From Podarcis erhardii (taxonomy: Eukaryota), in NCBI GenBank assembly GCA_964252035.1, contig OZ176214.1: a stretch of 64,000 nt of DNA. The stretch is one strand, 5' to 3'. How positions within the stretch are numbered: position 1 is the first letter of the stretch; every line of letters begins with the position of its first letter. Below, one piece after another: positions 53,486 to 64,000 of the stretch. The notes under the pieces are model-generated. The model saw only the letters and a list, made by a program, of their open reading frames with translations, had not been told where the DNA came from and did no database searches. A program made the position numbers and the translations under genes.

Positions 53486-53613
53486 TTATATACCTTCCCG
53501 TGGCCTTGCGTGGAGTCGCACTATTGGCCCATTTTCTCTCGCTGGAGCCTCCCGATTGGTCGCTTGCCACCAAGCTGGCCGGAGCCGATAGGTCCGCTCC
53601 CTTTGTGACGTCA
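53486..53613 (-). promoter_or_regulatory. HSPA5: HSPA5 core promoter: TATA box, three ER-stress response elements, CRE
   Basis: TATATAA 53492-53486; perfect ERSE CCAAT-N9-CCACG 53527-53509; CCAAT-N9-CCAGC 53559-53541; CCTAT-N9-CCAGC 53592-53574; palindromic TGACGTCA 53606-53613. Further CCAAT boxes at ~53703 and ~53770. Confidence 0.92.
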
Positions 53614-54894
53614 GGCCCCCGTCGCGCACCGCTCCGTCAGGCTTGGTTGTGTCGCTTTCCTTCCCCACCCCTTCTCTTTCCTCTCGGCCGTCCTCGAGCC
53701 TCATTGGGCCGTCCTACCGGTGTTGCAGTCCAATCAAGGGCTGCTGCATGAGCCAAGCGGAGCGAGCTCATTGGCTGGAATTGGGCGTCATGTTGAAAAA
53801 TCTCTAGGCAGGAAGGGTTGGCTCTTTCTGGAAGTTTCTATGGTTACGAGGCCTAGCAGCCTCTTATAGGCGGGGGCAGAAAAAGGCATGGGTTGCTGTG
53901 CCTATGGCTGCCACAGTGTCTCCGTAGGCAGTACTGAAGTCTGCTTTGCACCGGTTAAAGTGTCAGACTAGGACTGGGGGAGATGCTGGCTGCTATATTC
54001 TGTAGGCCATGCAGCTCACTGGCCGAGGATAGGCCTGTCATTCTGCTTCAGCCTAGCCTACCTCACAGGGTTATTGTGAGGGTATAACGTTGGAACCTCG
54101 TTTTCATGCCTTGAGTTTCCCAGACAAAATAGGGAGTATATAATTAAGCAGACAAACTGTGTTATATGGTGTTGTAACACAGTTCATTCCGTGTAAGAGA
54201 AAATGGGGAGCCTAAATACAGACTCTTTCTTCAGCCCGATTCACGAGTAGTTAATGGTACTAGTGAAACAGCAGATTTGCCCTACAACAATACTAGCACC
54301 ACCCCCTTGTAACCAACAGACTGCTGCTGTTTTTTGGTGGGATCCAGCCGTGTGACTGTAAATTCAGGTTCCACAATCAACAGTGATTGGGAGGCCTCCA
54401 GCAACAGTTGCAGTATTTGGGACTTTCTGATTAAGGAAAAGGCCAGGAAGAGGTGACACATTTATGTTGTACGTGTGAAGGAAAAACTTAAACTCGTAGT
54501 AGCAGAGTTTCCAAAAATAGACCAGAGGCAATATTTTATCCAGTAGAGCTTTACTTGTGCTGAAGGCAAATGAGCATAATGGTCACAAGTCCAAATACTG
54601 TACATTCAGGATTGGCACAGTCCATAAAAATCCAGTTGCAGCACTTACAAAAACTTAAAAACTTAAGACTAAACCTTAACACTAAGCATTCTATAGTCAG
54701 CATGCCCTTAATTGTAAGAGATAAAGAGAACTAGTTCAAACCAGCTTCCTAGAAGGTATAACCCAATCATTAACCCCTCTGCTTGCTTCTGTCACACAGA
54801 GTAGCTTCCAGAATCCTCGTGTATTAATGAGAATAGGAAAAATCTCTATACATCAGATCTATACTTTCTGCGCTAAGAAATGCAAACTGACAGT

Positions 54895-55305
54895 TTATAA
54901 CATTATGCATGGCATGTAGAAAGTGAATAGAGTTCTTTTCTCTGTTTCTTGTAATGCCAGAATTTGTGGCCATCCGATGAAGCTGAATGTTGGAAGATTC
55001 AGGAAATAAAAGAAATTGACTTCTTTATGATGGAACTCACTCCCACATGTGGCAGTGATGGCCACCAACTTAGATGGCTTATTAGACAATTTCATGGAGA
55101 AAAAGGCTATCCATGGCTACTGGCCGTGATAGGCATTCTCTGCCTCTAGTTCTTAATTCCAGTTGCTGGAAACTGCAGAAGGGGAGAGTATTCCTGTGCT
55201 CAGATCCTTTGCCATTGAGGCATCTGGTTGGCCACTGTGAGAAGAGGGTGCTGGACTAAATTAGCCACTTGCCTGATCTAGCAAGCTCTTCTTATGTTCT
55301 TACTT
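54895..55305 (+). mobile_element. CR1 3' fragment
   Basis: ggccatccgatgaagctgaatgttggaagattcagg...tggccaccaacttagatggctt...atccatggctact, ending ttcttatgttctta. Confidence 0.6.
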
Positions 55306-55480
55306 TTCACCAGAATACTGCAAACAAACCTGTTCCCCATCCCACCCAAAATGGACTTATTGCAATAAGAAAAGTGACAAGAAAATTAAATGGAAAGTGG
55401 GGGCTTACACTTGCTTGACTCAGTGTTGCTTAATGTCCCTGCAAAGAAATCAAAATGCATGTTCAATAAATAGCCTATGT

Positions 55481-55616
55481 CAGGCATAGGCAAACTTGGC
55501 CCTCCAGATGTTTTGGGAATACAACTCCCATCATCCCTAGTTAACAGGACCAGTGGTCAGGGATGGTGGGAATTGTAGTCCCAAAACATCTGGAGGGCCA
55601 AGTTTGCCCATGCCTG
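55481..55616. mobile_element. 136-bp palindromic hAT-type MITE
   Basis: TIRs caggcat(a/g)ggcaaacttggccctccagatgttttggga; core shared with 48933-49068; TSD degenerate. Confidence 0.85.
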
Positions 55617-56075
55617 GTCTGGGTTGTCTAACCTTCCTGCAAACTTCCAAATCAATGTGAGTGCTCAATTAACAGGTTGTCTGAAAGTGGCATAACTGTT
55701 CATGAGAATGGCAGCATCATAAAAACAGTGCAATAGCTTGAAGGTATAAGGTGTTGGGAAATATTCAAAATTGCATAAGCTTTCGTGACTAGGAAAAAAA
55801 TCAACTTGCAATTTCCCCCTTAGTCACAGGTGTAGCAACTCCAGTTGTAGGCGTGCCCCTGCTTCTGACATTAATGCAAAGGAAAAACTCTTTTCAAACT
55901 ATTATATCAAGTACTAGCTTGCCAGGGTCCATATTTGCTGGCAACAAATAAACTGTTTTTATGGGTAAGATAATCTTTATTCTTTATGTCACTGCATAGA
56001 GGTAGATAAGACAAGGAAGATCCTCCACACACAAACATGCAGTAGTCACACATGATTTTTTACATTAAGCATTCA

Positions 56076-56272
56076 CAGGCACGTCCAAAGTCTGTTTTTA
56101 TCTGGCCCCTGTGGCAGTTTATTCATAGGGGTCAAATCCTAAAAAAAGCTCAACAATTGTTAAAAAAGCTCAACAACTTTGGGGTAAAATCGAAAAAAAG
56201 TCGGCCCTCACGCATGTCGCATGTTCACTTCATCAAATCTGGCCCTCTTTGAAAAAAGTTTGGGCATCCCTG
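56076..56272. mobile_element. hAT-type non-autonomous element
   Basis: cagg...ccctg termini and an internal ggccc motif; no clear TSD. Confidence 0.55.
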
Positions 56273-56653
56273 GCATAGAATGTCCAACTGAGAGTTCCCA
56301 TGGGAAAAACAGACATAACCATCCACTGAAGCGATATTGTTTAGGTTGAGCTTTTGAATCTTAAATATACTTAGTTTTGCACACTATGGGTGATATCCAA
56401 TTAGGGTCGCTTTGCTTTTTTTTATTTGCACAAAATTTGTGGGGAGGGTAGACAACAGTCACACCATCTTTTTTAGAACCTCTGTTCTGATTGTTTGCAG
56501 AGAGGCTGTATGATACTTCATCAAGCAATTATTATCCATCACTTTCCAGTGCATTTTCCTGTCACTTATTATAAAAATTCTGATGGGATTGGAGAAGCAG
56601 GTTTGTTGCACAAAAGCACCAAATCAACTTCAGTTGCACAACCTGGATTTAAA

Positions 56654-56885
56654 GCTAGTGTGGTGCAGTGGTTAGAGTGTTGAATTAGGACCTGGTAGAC
56701 CAGGGTTCAAATCCCCCTCAGCCATGAAGCTTACTGGGTGACCTTGGGCCATTCACTGTCTCTTAGCTTAACCTACCTCACAGCGCTGTTGCGAGAATAG
56801 AACAAGAAGCGGGGAAACATTGTATGCCACTTTGAGCTCCTTGAAGGAAAAGTGGGATATAAATCAAATAAATAAATAAATACAT
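56654..56885 (+). mobile_element. tRNA-derived squamate SINE (non-Sauria)
   Basis: A box tggtgcagtgg and B box ggttcaaatcc; cctacctcacagg core; (aaat)n tail. Degenerate relatives at ~25760-25950, ~38030-38170, ~41570-41720, ~43360-43570 and ~53960-54130. Confidence 0.75.
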
Positions 56886-58790
56886 AAATTTGCCAGTATC
56901 TGATTGCATCCCATCTGAAAACAGCAACTGTCTGGAAGCCTAAGCCATGCTCAGAGTAAACCTACAGAAGTCAGCAGACATTGATTTCAATTGGTCTTTT
57001 CTGACTTAAGTGGGACTAATATCTGAATAAATGTACATAGTATGAGTCACCCCACAGTTTCGTAGTATTGCACCATATCCTGCCATTCAACTTCCTAGCA
57101 TTCATCCAGGCAGAAGATGACAGAGCTGTCCTAGGGTTACTTGAGCACAGACTTCCTCAACTTGCTCAGCAGTCTTCAGGAAGAACCTGTGAAGCCTGTA
57201 TACCTATAAACTCTAACAAGACCTATACCAAGAAGATTCTATGACTCTAAGATTCTATAATTCTATGATTCTAAGAGAAGTTAAATTTGGCTTAATGCCA
57301 CTAATGTGCACATTTTCCTCCTAGCTGCTGTTGTTAACCCTCTGCAGGATAAAACAGGTGATTCTACCTTTGAATATATATATATATATGCCACATAATT
57401 AATTAAGTTTAACAGTCATTCCATCTTCCCAAGGCATAGGTGTAGCCAGAATTTATGGGGGGGGGCAGAACCTCAGATAATTATTTTTATTGTTTTACTT
57501 GATCTGTGGGGGCAGCTGCCCCCTGCCCCCTCCAGGATGCGCCCAAGCCCAAGGAATCCTGAGAGCTATAGTTCTGCAGCGACGGGGATCTTTAATGGAG
57601 ATGTAACAGTATTCTCACAAACTACAATTCCCGTAATTTGATGGAATAAAGCATGACAGTTAAAACTTTTATAAGCTTGTTGTGTCACTATTCAGTCCTC
57701 ATACAAATTACTTCTGCTCAACAGGATACGAGAGTTATGCTCTGTTCTGGGGTCCCACACACTACTGTCATTCAAGGGGAAATAAGAGTTGCAAACAACA
57801 GCTGGATGTTACAGCAACAATTTAACATCAAACTACTGGCTGTTGTGAAATGTGCCATGTGGAAAGTAAACAGCCTTCAGTAATTCCTTCTGTGAACTGA
57901 ATTGTTGCTTAACAATAAAAAGGCATGAGACAAACCATGGTATCCAGACCAAAGTCCTTCTTAGTCTAGCGTCCTGCATTCCCACAGTGGCTACCCAGAT
58001 ATCTATGGGAAGCCCTGAAGGCAAATATGGGCACAACATATTCCTGTTGTTTTCCAGCAGGGTATTCAGATGCATATCTGAATCCTTGCTTTAAACTTTC
58101 AAAGGAGCCTTGCCAATTTGATGCCTTCCAAGACGCTCTGAACTACAACTCCCATTAGGCTCAGAAAGTATGACAGCCAGTTGTCCAACAAAACCTTGGG
58201 GAAGCCACCTGGTGGTCAAAGCCTACTTTAAGAATGCCCAGTCAGGTAATCTGGCTGGGTAATTATTTTGGGCAAGGGGAAAGCTGATTTGGGGTAAGAA
58301 AGAGAGAATGGGATGGGAGGTTCTGGCTACCATCTGCTCTCGTCCCACCCACCACTATTGCCAGCTGTGTAGATTACAGCCCCAAATGGGAGAAGGGGTG
58401 TGTGTCCTGCTCCTTGCAGGACACAATCCCTCTCTAACACACCATGTTATATCTCCAGCCTTTTTGCAAGTGCCACTGAAAGGCCTTAATGGTGCTACAA
58501 ACACAATAACTGCAGAACCAATTAAGATTAACGAGCTTGGCTCTTATTTGCCTAGAAATAAAACTGTTTTCTACACATACTTTAAACTACCTGTTTGATG
58601 TGTGCAGAACTCTGTGAATACATCACAAAATTATTATTTTTCACTCAGGCATATGGTACTGAGCCTCAGAGCTGAGGATGCAGGTATGCTTCTTTTTCTG
58701 CCAGTTGTCTTTCAGGATGCTAGCCCCTCCTGCCAGCCCAACATATTCAAAAGCCAAGACTGAAGCCAAGAGAAAAAATGTGCCCTAGCA

Positions 58791-59662
58791 TATGGTTACC
58801 AATTTTTTTTCAATGAATTTAGGGACACTTTTTTTTTTTTTAGCTGAGTAGAAACAGGGAATCAGTAGTGGGGATGCTGGGCCCAAGCACACATGCATAT
58901 TGTATAAAGGTGCAAAACCCTTCTTTTGCACCCTGTGAAACATAAACGCACAGAGGTTTTAAAACACTGGGCAACGGCTGACCGGCTGCAACTCCCAAGC
59001 CTCCCCCAATCAGTCAAAACAAAGGGGTAAGGGGGCAGGAGATCGGAGGAGGCTCGGGAATCATGAGCAGAACCATTGCCCAGTTTTTTAAAAACTCTGC
59101 GCATTTATGTTTCACAGGGTGTGAAATAAGGGCTTTGCACCTTGCCTGGCAGAGAAACCACACACCTTGCACCCCTCCTGAACAATGGCACACCACCCAC
59201 CTGAGACTCCTGAGCCTTCCCCGATCAGTCAAAACAAAGGGGGAAGTGGGCAGGAGATCTGTACCGCTAGACGTCCCCGGTTCCCCTTTGGCAGTGGTGG
59301 CGGCGGCAGAGGCAGTCAGCAGCCTGGAGCCAGCCTGGTAGCTCATTTGGCTCTGGCTGGCTTCAGGAGCTGCTTGTGGCCATGGTGCCCTCCATTTTTC
59401 CTCTCTGGAAGTCCCCATATGGTGTGTTGTGCACAAGACATATCATATGGGGACTTCCGGAGAGGAAAATTGGCGGGCGCCACGGCAGTGAGCAGTGAGC
59501 AGCCAGAACCAAATGCGCTATCAGGCTGCTGAGGCTGCCGCTGCCACGTGTCCCGGGGACAGATTTGCAAATCTGGGGACATTCCGGGGACGGAATTTGT
59601 CCGGGGACAATTTTGCAAATCCGGGGACTCTCCCTGGGATCCGGGAACGTCTGGTAACCCTA
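58791..59662. mobile_element. 872-bp non-autonomous hAT-like element with internal fold-back
   Basis: TIRs ta(t/g)ggttacca; 8-bp TSD ccctagca / ccttagca; subterminal ccggggac repeats at ~59552-59650; internal 71-bp inverted repeat. Confidence 0.8.
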
Positions 59663-60618
59663 CCTTAGCAGGCAGTAATAAAATACTATATAAAGCAAGT
59701 ATAAAGATGGGAGCTGTTGAGGGATGGGTGTTGGGGTCAACTAATTGGGCCCAAGCTGCCTTGGTCACTGAAAAGCCAATAAATGCCATAGACAGAGGAG
59801 ATTCCCATAATCACTCATTTATTCAGCTGAGTAAAACAGCAGGGGAGCCACACTCACTAGTGTGATGATGAAGCTGCACCAAACAGCTTTTCTTCTTACT
59901 TTTTATAGGCATCCCCCCTTCTTTCCCCCCTTTTGAGGTTCCTTGCGCTGATCAAAAGAGGACACCCTTCCTGGATACCTTGAAGGGGAGAGTTGCCGGG
60001 CAGAGGGAGGTTTTCCTGAAAATCGCCTAGCAACGTTAAATGGTCTTCACATATTTGTGGCTCATCCTCCTAAATTCTAAAGCAGGCAGTTTTTCACAAA
60101 AGCAAAATGGCATCAGTTAAGCCAACCAAAAAAAAAAAAGCAGGACAAGAACAGGCCTCTGTGGCTTTTCCTGAGACCCCACAGGAGGATCTTTTATAAT
60201 TTCGGGGAGAGAAAAAATGGGTGTGCAAATGTGCACAGAGCAGCTCACTGATTCCAGAAATAGAACACACTGGAGTCAGAGAAGGTACAACTCACACCCA
60301 GCTTCTATGGCTTCAGTTCTACCTACTGTTCAGATGTGAGATATAATTATGATTAGTCCTGAAGTCAGGGTGGGGAGCCTCAGGGTCAGGAGCCAAATAC
60401 AGTCTCCACACCTATTTTGCTGGTCTTAATAACTTCCTTCCAGGCCCTTCCTCTCTCCACTACCCTTGAATGTTTTTGCCTGGCTGGAATATGTCATTGA
60501 ACTATGATATTGCCTCTTTCTTGTCTGGATGGAAGTGTGTGTGTAGAAATTTTCAACTTTTGCACACGCCTGTTATTCTACTTGCTTTTGCCTCTGGCCC
60601 TGCTCTGATTCCCTGTTA

Positions 60619-60855
60619 CAGTGGTATATTGGTTTTTGAATGTCTCTGTTGATGAACGTTTCAGTTTTTGAACACTGTAAACCCAGAAGTAAGTGCTTTG
60701 GTTTTCAAACACTTTTCAGAAGTCGAACATGCCACACAGCTTCCGTACTGAGTTTTCTATATTGAGTTTTCCATATTGAGTTTTTGGTTATCAAACGTTT
60801 TGAGACTCGAATGGTCTTCTGGAACAGATTATATTTGAAAACCAAGGAACCACTG
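60619..60855. mobile_element. Tc1/mariner-type MITE
   Basis: TA|cagtggt...accactg|TA. Confidence 0.7.
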
Positions 60856-61174
60856 TACATCCAAACCATGAATAATGGTCCATTGCCCTTTCACAAACCA
60901 TGATCAGGAAGCCAACAGCAAACCATAGCTAGCGATCATGACTTTCCAGGGAGCAAAAAGTTCTGATTCCTGGTTTGGATGTAGCTAGATGCCAAGGCAT
61001 CTAGGTGCATTTACCTTATTTGTACCAGGGAAGGAGTGAAGTGGGCTGCATGTTTCAGCACACTGCTTATTCACAATAAACCACAATGAGCCAGAAAGTC
61101 TGGCTTATTGTGATGTGAGGAAAAAAGAGAACTTGTTCTGACGTATGCATCTGGGGCTGTGATTTTGGCCAGAC

Positions 61175-61360
61175 ATTAGAAGGTATTTTCCAGATGTTAC
61201 TAATGGTTTGACAGTGGAACAGATTGCTTTGGAAGGTGTCAAACTCTCTTTTGTTAAGAGTTCTTTAGGTAGATGCTGGATGGCCACCAACTGTATCAGC
61301 AGATTTCCTGCGTCGATGGATCTTTGAGATCTTTGAGATCTGTTCCAACTCTGCTCTTAT
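61175..61360 (+). mobile_element. CR1 3' fragment
   Basis: cagtggaacagattgc...ctggatggccacc...gatctgttccaactct, typical of a CR1 3' end. Confidence 0.55.
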
Positions 61361-61879
61361 TTCCTTGTCCGCAAAATTGGCACCAAAAAGCAAGCAAGCA
61401 AACAAACACCACAATTGTGTGCTCCCTTGCCCCTAACCCTGTATACTGTGGAAGAACCAAAGCTGAATACATACCAAATTATTTGTGGATGCATCTTAGT
61501 GAGAGAGCCATCATTTGTAGTTGTGCTGTGATGGGTGTTGCCTTTTTGGCAGACACCGTTTCCATTTGAAGTTTTAAAACACACCTTTTTGATCCCTATT
61601 GAGATAATCATTGTCCTTAGGCCAGTGGAAATCTCAAGTAGGAATGTTAAAATCTCAAAAGATAATTCTTCACCATTGTTAGCAGACCTTGCAGCTTGAG
61701 TGAATTAGATCGAAACAATCAGTTACAAGTTTCTGGAGTTCAAAGGCTTTATTAATGCATAAACAAGTTACAGTTACAGAGAATGAGAGAAATAGCAGAC
61801 ATCTTGTATCAACAAGTTGGGGAGAACAACAAAGTAGCTCAGGTTTTAGGGGCGGAACTAATTTAAGAGATAGAGACTA

Positions 61880-62140
61880 CAGTCATACCTCGGGATAAAT
61901 ACGCTTCAGGTTGAGTGCTTTTGGGTTGCGCTCTGCGGCGACACGCAAGTAACGAAGCGCATTACCTCCGGGTTTCGCCACGGAGCGCATGTACAGATGG
62001 TCAAAATGACGTCATGTGCATGTGCAGAAGCGGCGAAACGCAACCCGCGCACGCACAGACGCGCCGTCGCATATTACGTTCTGTTCGGGATGCAAATGGG
62101 GCTCCGGAACGGATCCCATTCGCATCCCGAGGTACCACTG
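61880..62140. mobile_element. Tc1/mariner-type MITE
   Basis: TA|cagtcatacctcggga...tcccgaggtaccactg|TA. Confidence 0.8.
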
Positions 62141-62203
62141 TACAAGCAGAGGTTGGCTAGATCATTAGACAAAAAGTGTCCTCATTCAGGCACTTTTAAA
62201 GTA

Positions 62204-62381
62204 CAGTTGATGCTCGGGTTGCAAACGTGATCCATGCAGGATTTGGCGCTTCTGCGCATGCGCGACTGCTGGAACCCAGAAGTAACCCGCTCCGGTACTT
62301 CTGGGTTTTGGTGCGTCCGTAACCCAAAAAAAAAAAAAAAAAAAACACAACCTGAAGCGTCTGTAACCTGAGGTATGACTG
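62204..62381. mobile_element. Tc1/mariner-type MITE
   Basis: TA|cagttgatgctcgggtt...aacctgaggtatgactg|TA. Confidence 0.75.
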
Positions 62382-62387
62382 TAACAC

Positions 62388-62426
62388 ATTATTATTATTA
62401 TTAGTAGTAGTAGTAGTAGTAGTAGT
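62388..62426. repeat. Compound (TAT)n(TAG)n microsatellite
   Basis: attattattattattagtagtagtagtagtagtag. Confidence 0.85.
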
Positions 62427-62788
62427 ATACTGCCCTATGCCTGGGGGTCTTAGGGTGGTTCACAGAATAAAATGCATGCATTAACTACATGCATTAACTA
62501 CAATCTAGCACCCTAAAAAGTGCTAGCACCTTTCTCCCTGAAGTGCTGGATTTTTCATTTCAGGGAATGTTGTCATGTTTGAAGCAGGTGTTATCTATAG
62601 TGGAGGAATTTCACACCTGATTATTTGAAAGACAGATTGCACTCACATGGGCCTATCTGAGCTTTAAGATCATCCCCAGGAACCCTGCTTGCCTTTTGAT
62701 AAGGTCAGAATGAAATGTAACTAGACTGGTCAGATGGAAAAGAGGACAGGGCTTTAACAGTTGTGTAGAAGAGAGAATTTCAGCATAT

Positions 62789-62789
<1 letters not shown>

Positions 62790-62835
<46 letters not shown>

Positions 62836-64000
62836 TTATTTATACCCAGTCCTTCCCAGTTCAAAAACTGGGCTCAGGGCAGCTAACAACAAATTTAAAA
62901 CACTTTAAAACATTTAATTATAAAAGCAGCATAAAATACAGTATAAAAACATGAATAACAATAAAAATCAAAAATCAATTAGATAATCCCCAGGACTAGC
63001 TGGTTGAATTGGTCCTACTTGGGCCAGCGAGGAGGCCAGGGGAGAATTAGCTGTGGGTTCTCAGAGCGGGTGATCTTCATAAAAGGGGAGGGGGAGGGAA
63101 GAGAAGGGAAATAAAAGATCAGGCTGAATTCAAATTAAAGGCCAGTCAGAATAGCTCTGTTTTACAGGCCCGACGGAAGGAGATTAAATCCTGAAGGGCC
63201 CTAGTCTCATGGGACAGAGCATTCCACCAGGTCGGAGCCATCACTGAAAAGGCCCTGGCCCTGGCCCTGGTGGAGGATAGTCTGACTTCCTTAGGGCCCG
63301 GAACCTCTAAACTATGGTTATTCATGGACCTTAAGGTCCTCTGCGGGGCATACCAGGAGAGACGGTCCCATAGATATGAGGGCCCTAAGCCGCAAAGGGC
63401 TTTAAAGGTCAAGACCAGCACCTTGAACCTTACCCTATACTTCACCGGGAGCCAGTGCAACTGGTAAAGCACTGGGTGAATATGCTCCCATGGCAGGGAC
63501 CCCATGAGGAGCCTCGCTGCAGTATTCTGCACCCGCTGGAGTTTGTGGGACAGTTTCAAGGGCAGTCCCGTGTAGAGAGAATTACAGTAGTCAAGCCTGG
63601 AGGTGACCGTTGCATGGATCACTGTGGCCAGATCAGGGTGGGAAAGGTAAGGGACCAATTGCTTAATGTGTCAAAGATGGAAAAATGTCGCCTTAGCTGT
63701 TGCTGTAACCTGCGCCTCCATGGAAAGGGAGGTGTCAAGGATTACATCCAAACTCTTAACGGAAGGCACTGGCACTAATTGGGCCCCCACAAGAGAAGGG
63801 AGTTGGTCCCTCATCCTCATGCCATCCCCACCCAGGCAGAGGACCTCTGTCTTTGAAGGATTTAATTTCAATCAACTCCCATTAAACCACCCACCACAGT
63901 CTCCAAGCATCTGGTCAGTTTGTCCAGGGCCAAGGTGGTGTGGTCATCCATCAGCAGATAGAGCTGAGTGTCATCAGCATATTGGTGACAACCCAGCCCA
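62790..64000 (-). mobile_element. L2-clade LINE fragment running off the window end
   Basis: RT motif HQYADDTQL (YADDTQL at 63981-63961), LNPSKTE, SRLDYCNSL, LHWLPV; frameshifted; (AAT)n tail at ~62790-62835. Confidence 0.88.

Noticed and set aside
56654-56730. tRNA gene candidates (A and B boxes here and at other SINE heads)
   Set aside because: No complete cloverleaf; each continues into a SINE body and A-rich tail.
59552-59650. Short spaced repeats (ccggggac) superficially like a CRISPR array
   Set aside because: The units are 8 nt with irregular short spacers, in a vertebrate context; they are subterminal transposon repeats.
59014-59789. Several overlapping 100-150 aa ORFs
   Set aside because: All lie inside a GC-rich non-autonomous DNA transposon and show no transposase motifs.

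Overview
Eukaryotic (vertebrate) genomic DNA from a squamate, probably a lacertid lizard, judged from Sauria SINEs and the MITE/CR1/L2/BovB repeat complement. I could reconstruct four intact multi-exon genes exon by exon with correct splice phases: ARPC5L (-, 4 coding exons, 158 aa; intron 1 is a minor-spliceosome AT-AC intron), PPP6C (-, 7 exons, 305 aa), RABEPK (+, 7 coding exons, 365 aa) and HSPA5/BiP (-, 8 coding exons plus a probable non-coding first exon, 654 aa ending KDEL; promoter with three ERSEs and a CRE). About a quarter of the window is recognisable transposon sequence: L2, CR1, RTE, BovB and L1 fragments, Sauria and other tRNA-derived SINEs, many Tc1/mariner-type (TA) and hAT-type (8-bp TSD) MITEs, a hAT transposase fossil and a solo LTR. 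Best leads: (1) a Penelope-like insertion in RABEPK intron 3 forming a perfect 89-bp palindrome, with a 13-bp TSD and a minimal hammerhead-ribozyme core on the antisense strand; (2) a 53-bp near-perfect hairpin about 1 kb past the PPP6C stop codon; (3) ARPC5L lies next to PPP6C without GOLGA1/SCAI between them and without RPL35 at its 5' end, which implies a rearrangement relative to the human order; (4) the U12 AT-AC intron. No CRISPR array, rRNA or genuine tRNA gene was seen. Family names rest on recalled motifs and sequences, not database searches. Repeat boundaries without a TSD are approximate.
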